A DNA stretch of 61,779 bases from a virus. Taxonomy: Duplodnaviria > Caudoviricetes. Shown here piece by piece: positions 53,430-60,658 of the stretch. Position 1 is the first letter of the stretch; every line of letters begins with the position of its first letter. A program made the position numbers and the translations under genes. The DNA lies in the IMG/VR virus record IMGVR_UViG_3300048625_000096, positions 1-61,779 of that record. One strand, given 5' to 3'. The notes beneath the pieces are model-generated. The model had not been told where the DNA came from, searched no databases, and saw nothing but the letters and a program-made list of their open reading frames with translations.

Positions 53430-53694
53430 CTTCTAGCTTCTTTTCTTCTTCAGATACGTTCTTTAGAGCAATAGTCTGACGGAAAGCAGCATTAATCTCG
53501 GCAAGAGTTAACTTACCGTCTTCAAGGAATGCTAGAGCTAGTAATTCAACTACCTTGGCAACAGCCAAGATTCCACCCATAGTTGCAGCAGCCCAAATAG
53601 GGATACCGCCAATTGCACCTGCGCCAATAACGCCAAGTGCAGAAGCGACAAAAGTCGCAATGATACGTAAGATTACGTTACCAAAAAGTCTCAT
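53416..53694 (-). CDS. small membrane protein
   Basis: Two TM helices then DGKLT.AEINAAF. Confidence 0.75.
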   Translation of the reverse strand: MRLFGNVILRIIATFVASALGVIGAGAIGGIPIWAAATMGGILAVAKVVELLALAFLEDGKLTLAEINAAFRQTIALKNVSEEEKKLEDEKN

Positions 53695-53756
53695 CAGTTA
53701 ACCTAAGGTGTTAGCTGTCCCCGATGTTGCTACAGATTAATGCTGAGATTTTACTT

Positions 53757-54074
53757 TTAGTAAGCGGCTGTACCGCCCTGGCTGTAGCCAGAAGTGTCTG
53801 CAGAAGGTTCCCCAGCATCACGAGCGACGTTAGCTGCGTCTGCTTCTACAGCAGAAATGTTAGAACCAGGCATGGTGCTACCTGGGTTGTACTCGGTTAA
53901 TCCACCAATAATGTTTGGATAACCCTGCCAGAACCAACCAAGACCCTGACCACCATATGTTGTACCTGAAAGTGCGCCCTTGTCGTACTTGCCCTTAGAA
54001 CCACGAGGACCACCAAACATGCCGCCAACGTCACTAGGACCGCTAGCGAATTGTCCTGATAGAGGAGCAGTCAT
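53757..54074 (-). CDS. Gly-rich hypothetical protein
   Basis: 105 aa, TAATG-coupled. Confidence 0.65.
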   Translation of the reverse strand: MTAPLSGQFASGPSDVGGMFGGPRGSKGKYDKGALSGTTYGGQGLGWFWQGYPNIIGGLTEYNPGSTMPGSNISAVEADAANVARDAGEPSADTSGYSQGGTAAY

Positions 54075-54316
54075 TAGCCTAGACGATTCGCTGAGCCAGG
54101 GCCTACGCCCATTTCTGAGTTTTCAAATGAAGATGGCATTGAAGAAGTGTATGAAGAACCTCCACCAGAAGAACCGTGCTGAGCAGAGCTCAACATGTTT
54201 CCTGCAGTGCCAGCTTTACTAGCAAAGCTAGACTCTGCTGCTCCTGCTTCGGCTGCACCAGCTGCTGCTGCACGTCCGCCCATGCTTCCAGCCATTTTTG
54301 CGATTGCTGCCCACAT
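54074..54316 (-). CDS. Ala/Gly/Ser-rich hypothetical protein
   Basis: Likely start ATG 54316 (MWAAIAK) after GGGAG RBS. Confidence 0.6.
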   Translation of the reverse strand: MWAAIAKMAGSMGGRAAAAGAAEAGAAESSFASKAGTAGNMLSSAQHGSSGGGSSYTSSMPSSFENSEMGVGPGSANRLG

Positions 54317-54317
54317 A

Positions 54318-54491
54318 CTATTGTCTCCCTGAGTCCTGTGCCTGTTCAGCACTTGCGCTTTTTGAAGGAGACGCTCCTTCAAACTTCTCACCTTGACCGC
54401 TATCGCCATCATATCGAGGGTTAGCCTTCATAGCAATACCGTCATCACCCATTGACGAGTTTTGAGCTGCGCTCAAGCATCCTACGCTCAT
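54318..54491 (-). CDS. 57-aa hypothetical protein
   Basis: AGGAG RBS; MSVGCLSAAQNSSMGDDG...; missed by ORF track. Confidence 0.6.
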   Translation of the reverse strand: MSVGCLSAAQNSSMGDDGIAMKANPRYDGDSGQGEKFEGASPSKSASAEQAQDSGRQ

Positions 54492-54609
54492 TGTGTGACT
54501 CCTTAGTTTCTACCTAAGTTTCTCAAAGATAAAAAGATTATTCAGGGTAAAAGACAACCCAGGGACCGAAGCTTATTCTGCGTCCCTGGGTATTTACACT
54601 TTTAGTGTA

Positions 54610-55197
54610 CTAGTTAGTTTCGATAAAGCGGGTATAAGTTACATAGCTATTGTTACCCGCAAATTTGCTGATTGAGGTGATACTTGTTGCTTCACCACTT
54701 CCACCACCAGCATGAATCATTTTATCGGGACTTAGATATATCCCGACATGGTAGGCAGACTGCGTACCATCATATGTAAATGCAACGATATCTCCAAGTT
54801 TCGGAGACTTCACTTTGGTGCCAGCTTCTTTTTGCTTTGAAGCTCTGTGCTCAAGGTTAACGCCAAGCTGTTCATACGCCCACATGGTCATGCCTGAGCA
54901 ATCCCATCCTGATGGCGTAGCACCAGAGAACACATACCATGTCTTACCGACACGGCCCTTGAGTTGGCTTATTACTGTATTTAGTTGTTCTGTGTTACTT
55001 GCAACCTCAGCTTTATGAGCTGCGATGGCATCCAAACGGTTTTGTTCTTTCTTCTGGGCAGTAAACCAGTTTGCACTGAATGCTGCATCAGATTTGTTCG
55101 TGACTACTGCACTAGTCTTCAATTCTGCTCCACTCGCTTGAGTGGCGCAGGTTGTCAATGCTAGTGCTATGGCACTAATTGCAATGAGCTTTTTCAT
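54610..55197 (-). CDS. secreted NlpC/P60 peptidoglycan peptidase
   Basis: Signal peptide; YVFSG.TPSGWDCSG; GDIV.F; HVGIY; MIHA. Confidence 0.93.
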   Translation of the reverse strand: MKKLIAISAIALALTTCATQASGAELKTSAVVTNKSDAAFSANWFTAQKKEQNRLDAIAAHKAEVASNTEQLNTVISQLKGRVGKTWYVFSGATPSGWDCSGMTMWAYEQLGVNLEHRASKQKEAGTKVKSPKLGDIVAFTYDGTQSAYHVGIYLSPDKMIHAGGGSGEATSITSISKFAGNNSYVTYTRFIETN

Positions 55198-55205
55198 TAG
55201 GCGAC

Positions 55206-55631
55206 TTACCTTTCTAGGTAATCAGCCAGTTTCCTTGCTAGGTCAGGATTGGATTTTAAAAATCCTTCTGCTTGGTTGCAGGAACGACAAAGTATTCCAC
55301 GGACACATTTTCCGCAGGAATACTTGCCTGGACAACACGCGTGGTCATGGTCAACACACAGGTTTTCCATAGAACCACAGACTGCACACCCCTTAGAGAC
55401 CATCTCTAAGTAAATGTCTTCAGCTAACTTGTAAAACGTCCAAACTTGAGACAAACGAACTTTTAAAGGATTTTTAGCCCTAAATGTTTGCTTGTATCGT
55501 TTTGTGGCAGACTTACTTCTGGAGGCCTTTTTACAGTCCTTGCAGTAATAAGACTTTCCATCTTTTGCTTTTTTATCAGCGTTAAATTCATCCACATGTT
55601 TATTAACGTTGCACTTGTTACAATGCTTCAC
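55206..55631 (-). CDS. endonuclease VII-type HNH endonuclease
   Basis: C..C Zn ribbon; CAVC...VDHDH.CC...CVRGILC..CN..EG. Confidence 0.9.
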   Translation of the reverse strand: MKHCNKCNVNKHVDEFNADKKAKDGKSYYCKDCKKASRSKSATKRYKQTFRAKNPLKVRLSQVWTFYKLAEDIYLEMVSKGCAVCGSMENLCVDHDHACCPGKYSCGKCVRGILCRSCNQAEGFLKSNPDLARKLADYLER

Positions 55632-55705
55632 TGGCGACTACCAATTTCTTTTCTCGGTCGTTTCTTGTACGAGCTTTTTCGCACCGATATTTAGTTGTAA
55701 GAAAA

Positions 55706-55734
55706 ACCCTACCACATGAATGGTAGGGTCTCAA
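55706..55734 (-). promoter_or_regulatory. sigmaA-like promoter overlapping an intrinsic terminator
   Basis: TTGAGA-17-TAGGGT with extended TG; hairpin ACCCTACCA/TGGTAGGGT then TTTT. Confidence 0.6.
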
Positions 55735-55749
55735 CTTGTTAACAGTAGA

Positions 55750-55920
55750 TTAACTGGAACTTCCCCAGCCACCACCCTTAAATGTTACCAATGGCGCACT
55801 AAATCCCTTAATCATCTCAACCTTACAGTTTGCACATAGTTCTGTGTGAGAGACGTGGATAGAGTGAGACACAAGTTTCTTGCCCTTGCAAGTAGGGCAA
55901 ATGTAGTCATAGTTAGGCAT
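55750..55920 (-). CDS. FmdB-like zinc ribbon protein
   Basis: MPNYDYICPTC...CANC...FKGGGW; GGAGG RBS; missed by ORF track. Confidence 0.85.
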   Translation of the reverse strand: MPNYDYICPTCKGKKLVSHSIHVSHTELCANCKVEMIKGFSAPLVTFKGGGWGSSS

Positions 55921-56227
55921 TGAGGTCCTCCAAGTTAACCAGCTTGTCTAGCTTGTCATCGTGGATTACAGCCTCTACGTTGAGCTCGTCTAGCTTCACA
56001 GCATACTTGTTACGAGCTTTTAGAAGGAACTCTTCAAGCTCCGACTTTTTGCTGCGAGTCTGTGATAGGACCTCTTCCAACTGTTCTTCAGTTAGCTCAT
56101 CCTTGTACTGCATGATTACTGCAACGGCTTTATCAATTTGTTCTGCTGCAACTGCTGCTTGTAGCTGCTCTCGTTCCCACACCATCTGGGCGTGAGCTAA
56201 GCGCTTATCTTTTTTCTTTGTAGACAT
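55913..56227 (-). CDS. hypothetical coiled-coil protein
   Basis: 104 aa, AAGGAG RBS. Confidence 0.75.
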   Translation of the reverse strand: MSTKKKDKRLAHAQMVWEREQLQAAVAAEQIDKAVAVIMQYKDELTEEQLEEVLSQTRSKKSELEEFLLKARNKYAVKLDELNVEAVIHDDKLDKLVNLEDLNA

Positions 56228-56247
56228 ATTATGCTCCTTTTTTGTAC

Positions 56248-56322
56248 TGGAGCCCCAAGTGAATTACGATATCACAACCTCCGCTTTACAAGAGCGGCGC
56301 TCTGCCGTTGAGCTATTGGGGC
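56248..56322 (-). tRNA. tRNA-Thr(UGU), atypical T-loop
   Basis: GCCCCAA/TTGGGGC acceptor, CCGCT-CTTGTAA-AGCGG anticodon arm, encoded CCA. Confidence 0.88.
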
Positions 56323-56330
56323 ATAGACAA

Positions 56331-56798
56331 CTAGTGGTCCCTAGGTGTCTGATTAACTAGAATACCACACATCATAAGGTAGTCAACAACTACCTCAGGA
56401 CTACGGTGAGCATCCTCTGGACCAATCAAGCACCGCACTTCTGCAACACCTGAGTTACTGATTAGCTTAGCGCAATTCATACATGGTGGGGCTGTAACGT
56501 AAATAGTTGCATTTTTTAATGCAGAACGGTCTACATACAGTAGAGCGTTAGCCTCCGCATGAATAGAAGGACAACCCTCATAAGCTGCTGAGAGGCCCGT
56601 AGAGCCCTTAGCACGGTCACACCAGTTCAGACATCCACCTTCAGTAGGATAGGTCGCTGCTGCCCCATTGTAGCCGTGGGAAACCATACGCTGGTCCTCG
56701 TTCACTATGACCGCACCTATCTGGGCACGGTCACAGCGACTACGAGTGGCGAACTCTTTGGCTACATTGAACCAAATCTCATTCCATGACTTTTGCAT
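56331..56798 (-). CDS. dCMP deaminase
   Basis: GYNG, HAEANA, PC..C. Confidence 0.93.
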   Translation of the reverse strand: MQKSWNEIWFNVAKEFATRSRCDRAQIGAVIVNEDQRMVSHGYNGAAATYPTEGGCLNWCDRAKGSTGLSAAYEGCPSIHAEANALLYVDRSALKNATIYVTAPPCMNCAKLISNSGVAEVRCLIGPEDAHRSPEVVVDYLMMCGILVNQTPRDH

Positions 56799-57490
56799 TA
56801 TGGAGCTACACGTCCATTTTTAATGAATGAAGCGTAAGTAGCGGGCATCTTCTCAGCAAAGTGAGCTTCCATACCTTCTGCAACCCAAGCAATCTCAGCC
56901 TGAGGGAATGATGGGTATGTACCTTGCTGCTCTGAACGTAGTGAAAGGAAGTTCATAAGAGAACGAGCATTCATAGTTACGTACATTGACGAGTAGATAT
57001 TCAAAGGAAGACACATACGAGCTACTTCACGAGCAACACCCCTCTCCAATATATTCAGGTAAGTGTTGTACGCATCAGTAGAAACACGCTTAAGGTCTGT
57101 AGGAACACTTTTCTTCTGAACATAAGTGCCTTCTTCAAAAGTGTAGGCACCAGGTTTACCCACCTGCTTTAGTTTACGGTCCTCCGAGGTTACGTAGAAC
57201 ACAGGGTCAAGCTGCTTGTAACGACCAGATTCTTCGTTGTAAGAAGCAATGCGGTGACGCATAAACTCACGGAAGACGAAGATTGGTGCCTCAACGTAGA
57301 AGGTAAAGGCATTGTGCTCGAATGGTGAGCCATGACGGTCACGCATAAGGTAGTTAATTAGGCCCTCATCCTTGCCAGAATCGTCACCAGCACCAGTTGA
57401 GACACGTGCGGCCATAACTACTGCTTTATCTGATGCCATGGCGTCTACGAGGCGTACAGTGACATCACTTCGGAATTGTATTTCTGTCAT
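56798..57490 (-). CDS. thyX: flavin-dependent thymidylate synthase
   Basis: H.SPFEH; RHR.ASYNEESGRY; AREVAR..LP. Confidence 0.97.
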   Translation of the reverse strand: MTEIQFRSDVTVRLVDAMASDKAVVMAARVSTGAGDDSGKDEGLINYLMRDRHGSPFEHNAFTFYVEAPIFVFREFMRHRIASYNEESGRYKQLDPVFYVTSEDRKLKQVGKPGAYTFEEGTYVQKKSVPTDLKRVSTDAYNTYLNILERGVAREVARMCLPLNIYSSMYVTMNARSLMNFLSLRSEQQGTYPSFPQAEIAWVAEGMEAHFAEKMPATYASFIKNGRVAP

Positions 57491-57597
57491 TTCTTATCTT
57501 TCTTTGTTGTGCATGAACCACATGGTTTACATCCTAACCCACAAGGACCAGGAGGATTCGTCTCATAACGAGTTTTGCAGCAGTCACAGACCGCCAT
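57487..57597 (-). CDS. 36-aa Cys-rich peptide
   Basis: MAVCDCCKTRYETNPPGPCGLGCKPCGSCTTKKDKK; coupled at both ends (TAATG, ATGA). Confidence 0.65.
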   Translation of the reverse strand: MAVCDCCKTRYETNPPGPCGLGCKPCGSCTTKKDKK

Positions 57598-58052
57598 TAA
57601 TCCAAATCACTATCAATTAACGCATTCGCTTTGGCTTTAGTTAGGTTCTTCTCTAGACGACGCTGATGTCCACGAATACTGTGGCAATTACCACATACAA
57701 GGTCGCACTTCTTCATCTCAGCGATAACAACCTTGATGTCATTAGTGAACTCATACCAAGAAGCGATTGTGAATAATTTTACAAATTGAGGTAGGTGGTC
57801 AAACTGCATAACAACATAAGGCCAGTATTGTTTACAGTCCACACAGTAGTTGGTTTCTTTATAGCTACGAATGAATCGCTTAATAACGTTACGGCTTACG
57901 TTAGCTTTAGCACGAGTATTCTCATTACCATTACCTACGTGGTAAGAGATAGTTGATTTCGCTACGCCTAGAAGGGAGCTGATTTCATCATATGTTTTTC
58001 CTTGTTCGCGTAAGTCACGAATCTCAGGGCCTATGTCTTTTGGTTTCGCCAT
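57597..58052 (-). CDS. HTH + HNH endonuclease
   Basis: LREQGKTYDEIS..LGVAKSTISY; CVDC...FDH...KCDLVCGNCH; start ATG 58052 (longer ORF overlaps tRNAs). Confidence 0.88.
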   Translation of the reverse strand: MAKPKDIGPEIRDLREQGKTYDEISSLLGVAKSTISYHVGNGNENTRAKANVSRNVIKRFIRSYKETNYCVDCKQYWPYVVMQFDHLPQFVKLFTIASWYEFTNDIKVVIAEMKKCDLVCGNCHSIRGHQRRLEKNLTKAKANALIDSDLD

Positions 58053-58059
58053 AAAAGAC

Positions 58060-58087
58060 AGTCTAGTACAAAATGGTCGCATGTCAA
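58060..58087 (-). promoter_or_regulatory. promoter giving a leaderless HNH transcript; -35 lies inside tRNA-Tyr
   Basis: TTGACA-16-TAGACT-7 nt-ATG. Confidence 0.65.
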
Positions 58088-58153
58088 AGAATCGAACTTT
58101 GCTAACCATTGGAAGAGATTTTACAGACCCCTGTACGTCCCAGCGTCCATGCG
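58074..58153 (-). tRNA. tRNA-Tyr(GUA), atypical (C1-G72, reduced D arm)
   Basis: GGGGT-CTGTAAA-ATCTC anticodon arm, long variable region, CAAAG-TTCGATT-CTTTG T arm, ACCA end. Confidence 0.78.
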
Positions 58154-58157
58154 TTTG

Positions 58158-58228
58158 CTGAGCGTGAAGGAATTGAACCTTCTCCTGCGGTGTTGGAGAC
58201 CGCCGTGCTACCGTAACACTTACTCCCA
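58158..58228 (-). tRNA. tRNA-Trp(CCA)
   Basis: GCGGT-CTCCAAC-ACCGC anticodon arm; GAAGG-TTCAATT-CCTTC T arm; CCA end not encoded. Confidence 0.88.
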
Positions 58229-58230
58229 TA

Positions 58231-58689
58231 GTAATCCTCGGCCAGACTTTGTGACTGGCTGTAGAGGCACGAAATAGCTGCATACACAACCGTCTCTAGC
58301 GAGAATCGTGGGATTGTCGGATTTGCACCGTTTGACATGGCTTCACCTGGAGTGCTTCCAGTTACCATACAATCCCTTCCGTACTTCGCATACGCAGGTT
58401 TCGGAGTACCTTTGACGGATGCACCCTGGTTGGCCGATTGCATGTATCCATGTTTAACCAACCAAGTGTGGTGCACTCTTTTTGAGTCATACAACTTAAA
58501 CTCTTTCGAGGTGCCGAACAATTACGAACTGCAGTTGTACATCCTCATGAAAGAATCCCGTGTCAGGGAAATTAGCCCAACTATCTTGCGGTTCTTTCAG
58601 ATTTATCCTATCACCTGCCGCAGCAAAGGGCAATAAGACCAGCAATTCCGTAGGTCGGACGAGTACTCCCATCCCATGAAAGGAACTGC
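58231..58689 (-). ncRNA. large structured non-coding RNA of unknown class (~460 nt)
   Basis: More than 12 nested helices with frequent G-U pairs, GNRA/UNCG/T-loops, bounded by two tRNAs. Confidence 0.75.
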
Positions 58690-58695
58690 TGTTTG

Positions 58696-58766
58696 CTGGT
58701 CTACCTGGAATCGAACCAAGAATCACGAGTTAACAGCTCGTCGTTATGCCTTTTAACTATAGACCA
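58696..58766 (-). tRNA. tRNA-Asn(GUU)
   Basis: TGGTCTA/TAGACCA acceptor; ACGAG-CTGTTAA-CTCGT anticodon arm; GGTTCGATTCC. Confidence 0.92.
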
Positions 58767-58769
58767 AAA

Positions 58770-58811
58770 GACCTATAGCTCTATCTGCTCTGCCGATTGA
58801 GCTATGGTCCA
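58770..58811 (-). pseudogene. 5' fragment of a tRNA closed into a hairpin
   Basis: TGGACCA-TA-GCTC-AATCGGCA-GAGC followed by GAGCTATAGGTC, complementary to its own 5' end. Confidence 0.6.
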
Positions 58812-58813
58812 TT

Positions 58814-58893
58814 AAAAGTGGGTCCCAAGATAAAACACCTCGGAACCCACTTTTGTGGGGGACTTAAGGAAGAAAGGGAAAAACCTTAAGTGG
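58814..58893 (-). ncRNA. candidate ~80-nt small RNA with pyrimidine-rich loop
   Basis: Follows promoter; hairpin ACTTAAGG/CCTTAAGT with loop TTTTTCCCTTTCTT; CCCCC; terminator-like hairpin plus TTTT. Confidence 0.55.
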
Positions 58894-58898
58894 TATTT

Positions 58899-58926
58899 AG
58901 TTTAGTACATTTTATGAACTTGTCAA
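58899..58926 (-). promoter_or_regulatory. sigmaA-like promoter for the sRNA/tRNA cluster
   Basis: TTGACA-16-TAAACT. Confidence 0.7.
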
Positions 58927-58936
58927 GTAAAACTGA

Positions 58937-59089
58937 TTAATAACCGTTTTTAACAATTTCTTTTAGTTCTTCTACTTCTTTACGCAACTTTTCAAGAAGT
59001 TCCCACTGCTGGTACTCTTCGAGTGCTCTATGAGCCTCGTGGTGTTCAGCATTGAGCTTCTCGTTTAGTTTCTTTTTAGAAATCCACAT
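58937..59089 (-). CDS. hypothetical protein
   Basis: Likely start ATG 59089 (MWISKKK), immediately after upstream stop. Confidence 0.6.
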   Translation of the reverse strand: MWISKKKLNEKLNAEHHEAHRALEEYQQWELLEKLRKEVEELKEIVKNGY

Positions 59090-59090
59090 A

Positions 59091-59399
59091 CTAGTTGTCC
59101 TGAAGCAGACGGTACTCGTATAGGCCACGTTCTTTAACACGGCGACGCTCCACAGTAAGTGCGCCATATTGTGACTTACGAAGGTCACGTAGACGAGCTG
59201 AGACTGATGCTTCTGGTGATGCAGTCTTAGCAGCTAGGTCAGAAAGCGAAATCCACTTTCCATCCTTTACTACGTCGTATACCTTTTTCATCTGCTGGTT
59301 AAGACGGTCGTAGTCAAATTCTGCTACGTAAGTCTCCCCTTGACGGTGTCCCTCTAGAACAGGTGCCTCTGGTTGTGCTTTGGCTTTAAATGGCCACAT
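59091..59399 (-). CDS. winged-helix DNA-binding protein
   Basis: W.SL.DLA..T..PEASVSARLRDLRK...G.YEYRL; AAGGAG RBS. Confidence 0.8.
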   Translation of the reverse strand: MWPFKAKAQPEAPVLEGHRQGETYVAEFDYDRLNQQMKKVYDVVKDGKWISLSDLAAKTASPEASVSARLRDLRKSQYGALTVERRRVKERGLYEYRLLQDN

Positions 59400-59422
59400 A
59401 TTATGCTCCTTATTTATTCCGT

Positions 59423-59941
59423 TTAGTTGATTTCGATTTGTTTAGGCTTCTTCTCTTCAGGAAGCTCGAGTTCAAGCTTAATGGTGAGAAGACCGTCTTG
59501 CAACTTTGCATCTTTAACCACAACGTGGTCTGCCAATGCAAAAGTATGTGTGAAGTTGCGCTGAGCAATGCCTTGGTGGATTACTTCACGAATATCTTCG
59601 CGCTCCACGTCTACACTAGATGCAACTGTAAGAACACTGTCTTTTACAGAGATATCTAGGTATTCACGCTTAAAACCTGCAACAGCCATGACGATTTCGT
59701 ACTTGTCACCGTCTTTAGTGATGTTACATGGTGGATAGGTGGCCGCTTTGGCCTGTGAGAGCGACTGTAGCTGCTCGAAGATGTTTCGGTACCCGATTGC
59801 CCACTGGTCCAGCTTAGGGAACAGAGAATCGATAGTGACAGTGGTTAGGTCACGACCTTGGTGAGGCTTTAGGTCTTTAGAAGGAATACGGTACTTATCC
59901 GTGTACTTCTGGAATTTGTTGTGGTCTGGTTCAATAAACAT
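59423..59941 (-). CDS. small heat-shock protein (Hsp20/IbpA-like)
   Basis: YPP.NI, AVAGF, HQGIAQRNF..TF.LA, DGLLTI.L, PEEKKPK.IEI. Confidence 0.95.
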   Translation of the reverse strand: MFIEPDHNKFQKYTDKYRIPSKDLKPHQGRDLTTVTIDSLFPKLDQWAIGYRNIFEQLQSLSQAKAATYPPCNITKDGDKYEIVMAVAGFKREYLDISVKDSVLTVASSVDVEREDIREVIHQGIAQRNFTHTFALADHVVVKDAKLQDGLLTIKLELELPEEKKPKQIEIN

Positions 59942-59960
59942 GCTCTATCTTTCGACTAGA

Positions 59961-60061
59961 ACTGTGCTGAGGCTAAACTATAATAAGAGATTCCTTATTA
60001 TAGTTTATTCACTGCCCGTAGCACAGTATTTGATTACAGACACCCATTTGGCGTGTCTATA
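59961..60061 (-). promoter_or_regulatory. structured 5' leader of hsp20
   Basis: Hairpin 60035-60061 and long interrupted stem 59961-60027 with a 14-bp AU-rich core. Confidence 0.6.
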
Positions 60062-60077
60062 GGTATATTACCAGATT

Positions 60078-60398
60078 TTAAAGGTTTTTATTCCTTGGAA
60101 GGCGGATTCCTAAGCTTTTTGACCATGCTTCGCCATCATATGTTCTGTCATTAGTGATTTTAGGCTTAGGAATGCCACGAGTCTCAGATAAACGAGTACC
60201 TTCGTTGAACATTGCGGTGGCTATGCCAGTACGACGGTTCTCTTTATTAACGTGAATGCCGCTGATATTTCCGCTTGGGTGTACCCAGTTGAGCTTACCT
60301 ACTACTTCACCGTCTTTTTTAGCCTCTAAGTAGTGAAGAGAGCCTACTTTTTCATAATTAAACGATAAACCGTGGAACTCTGCGTTGGAAACACCCAC
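60078..60398 (-). CDS. GNAT-family acetyltransferase (putative)
   Basis: I.V..ENRRTGIATAM acetyl-CoA motif A; RT.DG.AW. Confidence 0.8.
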   Translation of the reverse strand: MGVSNAEFHGLSFNYEKVGSLHYLEAKKDGEVVGKLNWVHPSGNISGIHVNKENRRTGIATAMFNEGTRLSETRGIPKPKITNDRTYDGEAWSKSLGIRLPRNKNL

Positions 60399-60610
60399 TA
60401 GTGGCCACCATTGCTCGTATAGCCCTTAGGCTCATGTTCTACAGGATTACCGTCATTGTCGTACTGTAGAGATAGGTTTGTAGCTACAGGAGCTCCACTA
60501 GCTAGCTTTTCTTTCTTAGCCTGCTTAGCTTTTCTAGCCGTAGCAGCTTGGGCCTTACTAATCGCTCTGTGAGCGTAATTATCAAAGCTACCCATGATTA
60601 TCCTTGTCAC
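60398..60610 (-). CDS. hypothetical protein
   Basis: 70-aa ORF, coupled to GNAT gene. Confidence 0.55.
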   Translation of the reverse strand: MTRIIMGSFDNYAHRAISKAQAATARKAKQAKKEKLASGAPVATNLSLQYDNDGNPVEHEPKGYTSNGGH

Positions 60611-60658
60611 CCCTCGGCGGGGTTTACTTTTTTGGCTTTTGTACTGTTGGCTTTTGTA

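Noticed and set aside
55632-55700. c-di-AMP (ydaO) riboswitch upstream of NlpC/P60
   Set aside because: Too short and lacks the GCUGAAUCC/GGGGUGAAU/GUCAGCUAAC consensus blocks; kept only as an unknown leader
58310-58376. tmRNA, RNase P RNA or cobalamin riboswitch identity for the tRNA-like arm
   Set aside because: No G3-U70 pair, CCA end or tag frame; no GAGGAAAGUCC; no B12 box; only the T-loop is shared
58102-58726. ORFs 58102..58521, 58337..58636, 58496..58726 and the 5' extension of 57597..58289
   Set aside because: Overlap tRNA genes or the structured RNA, lack RBSs and have no protein motifs
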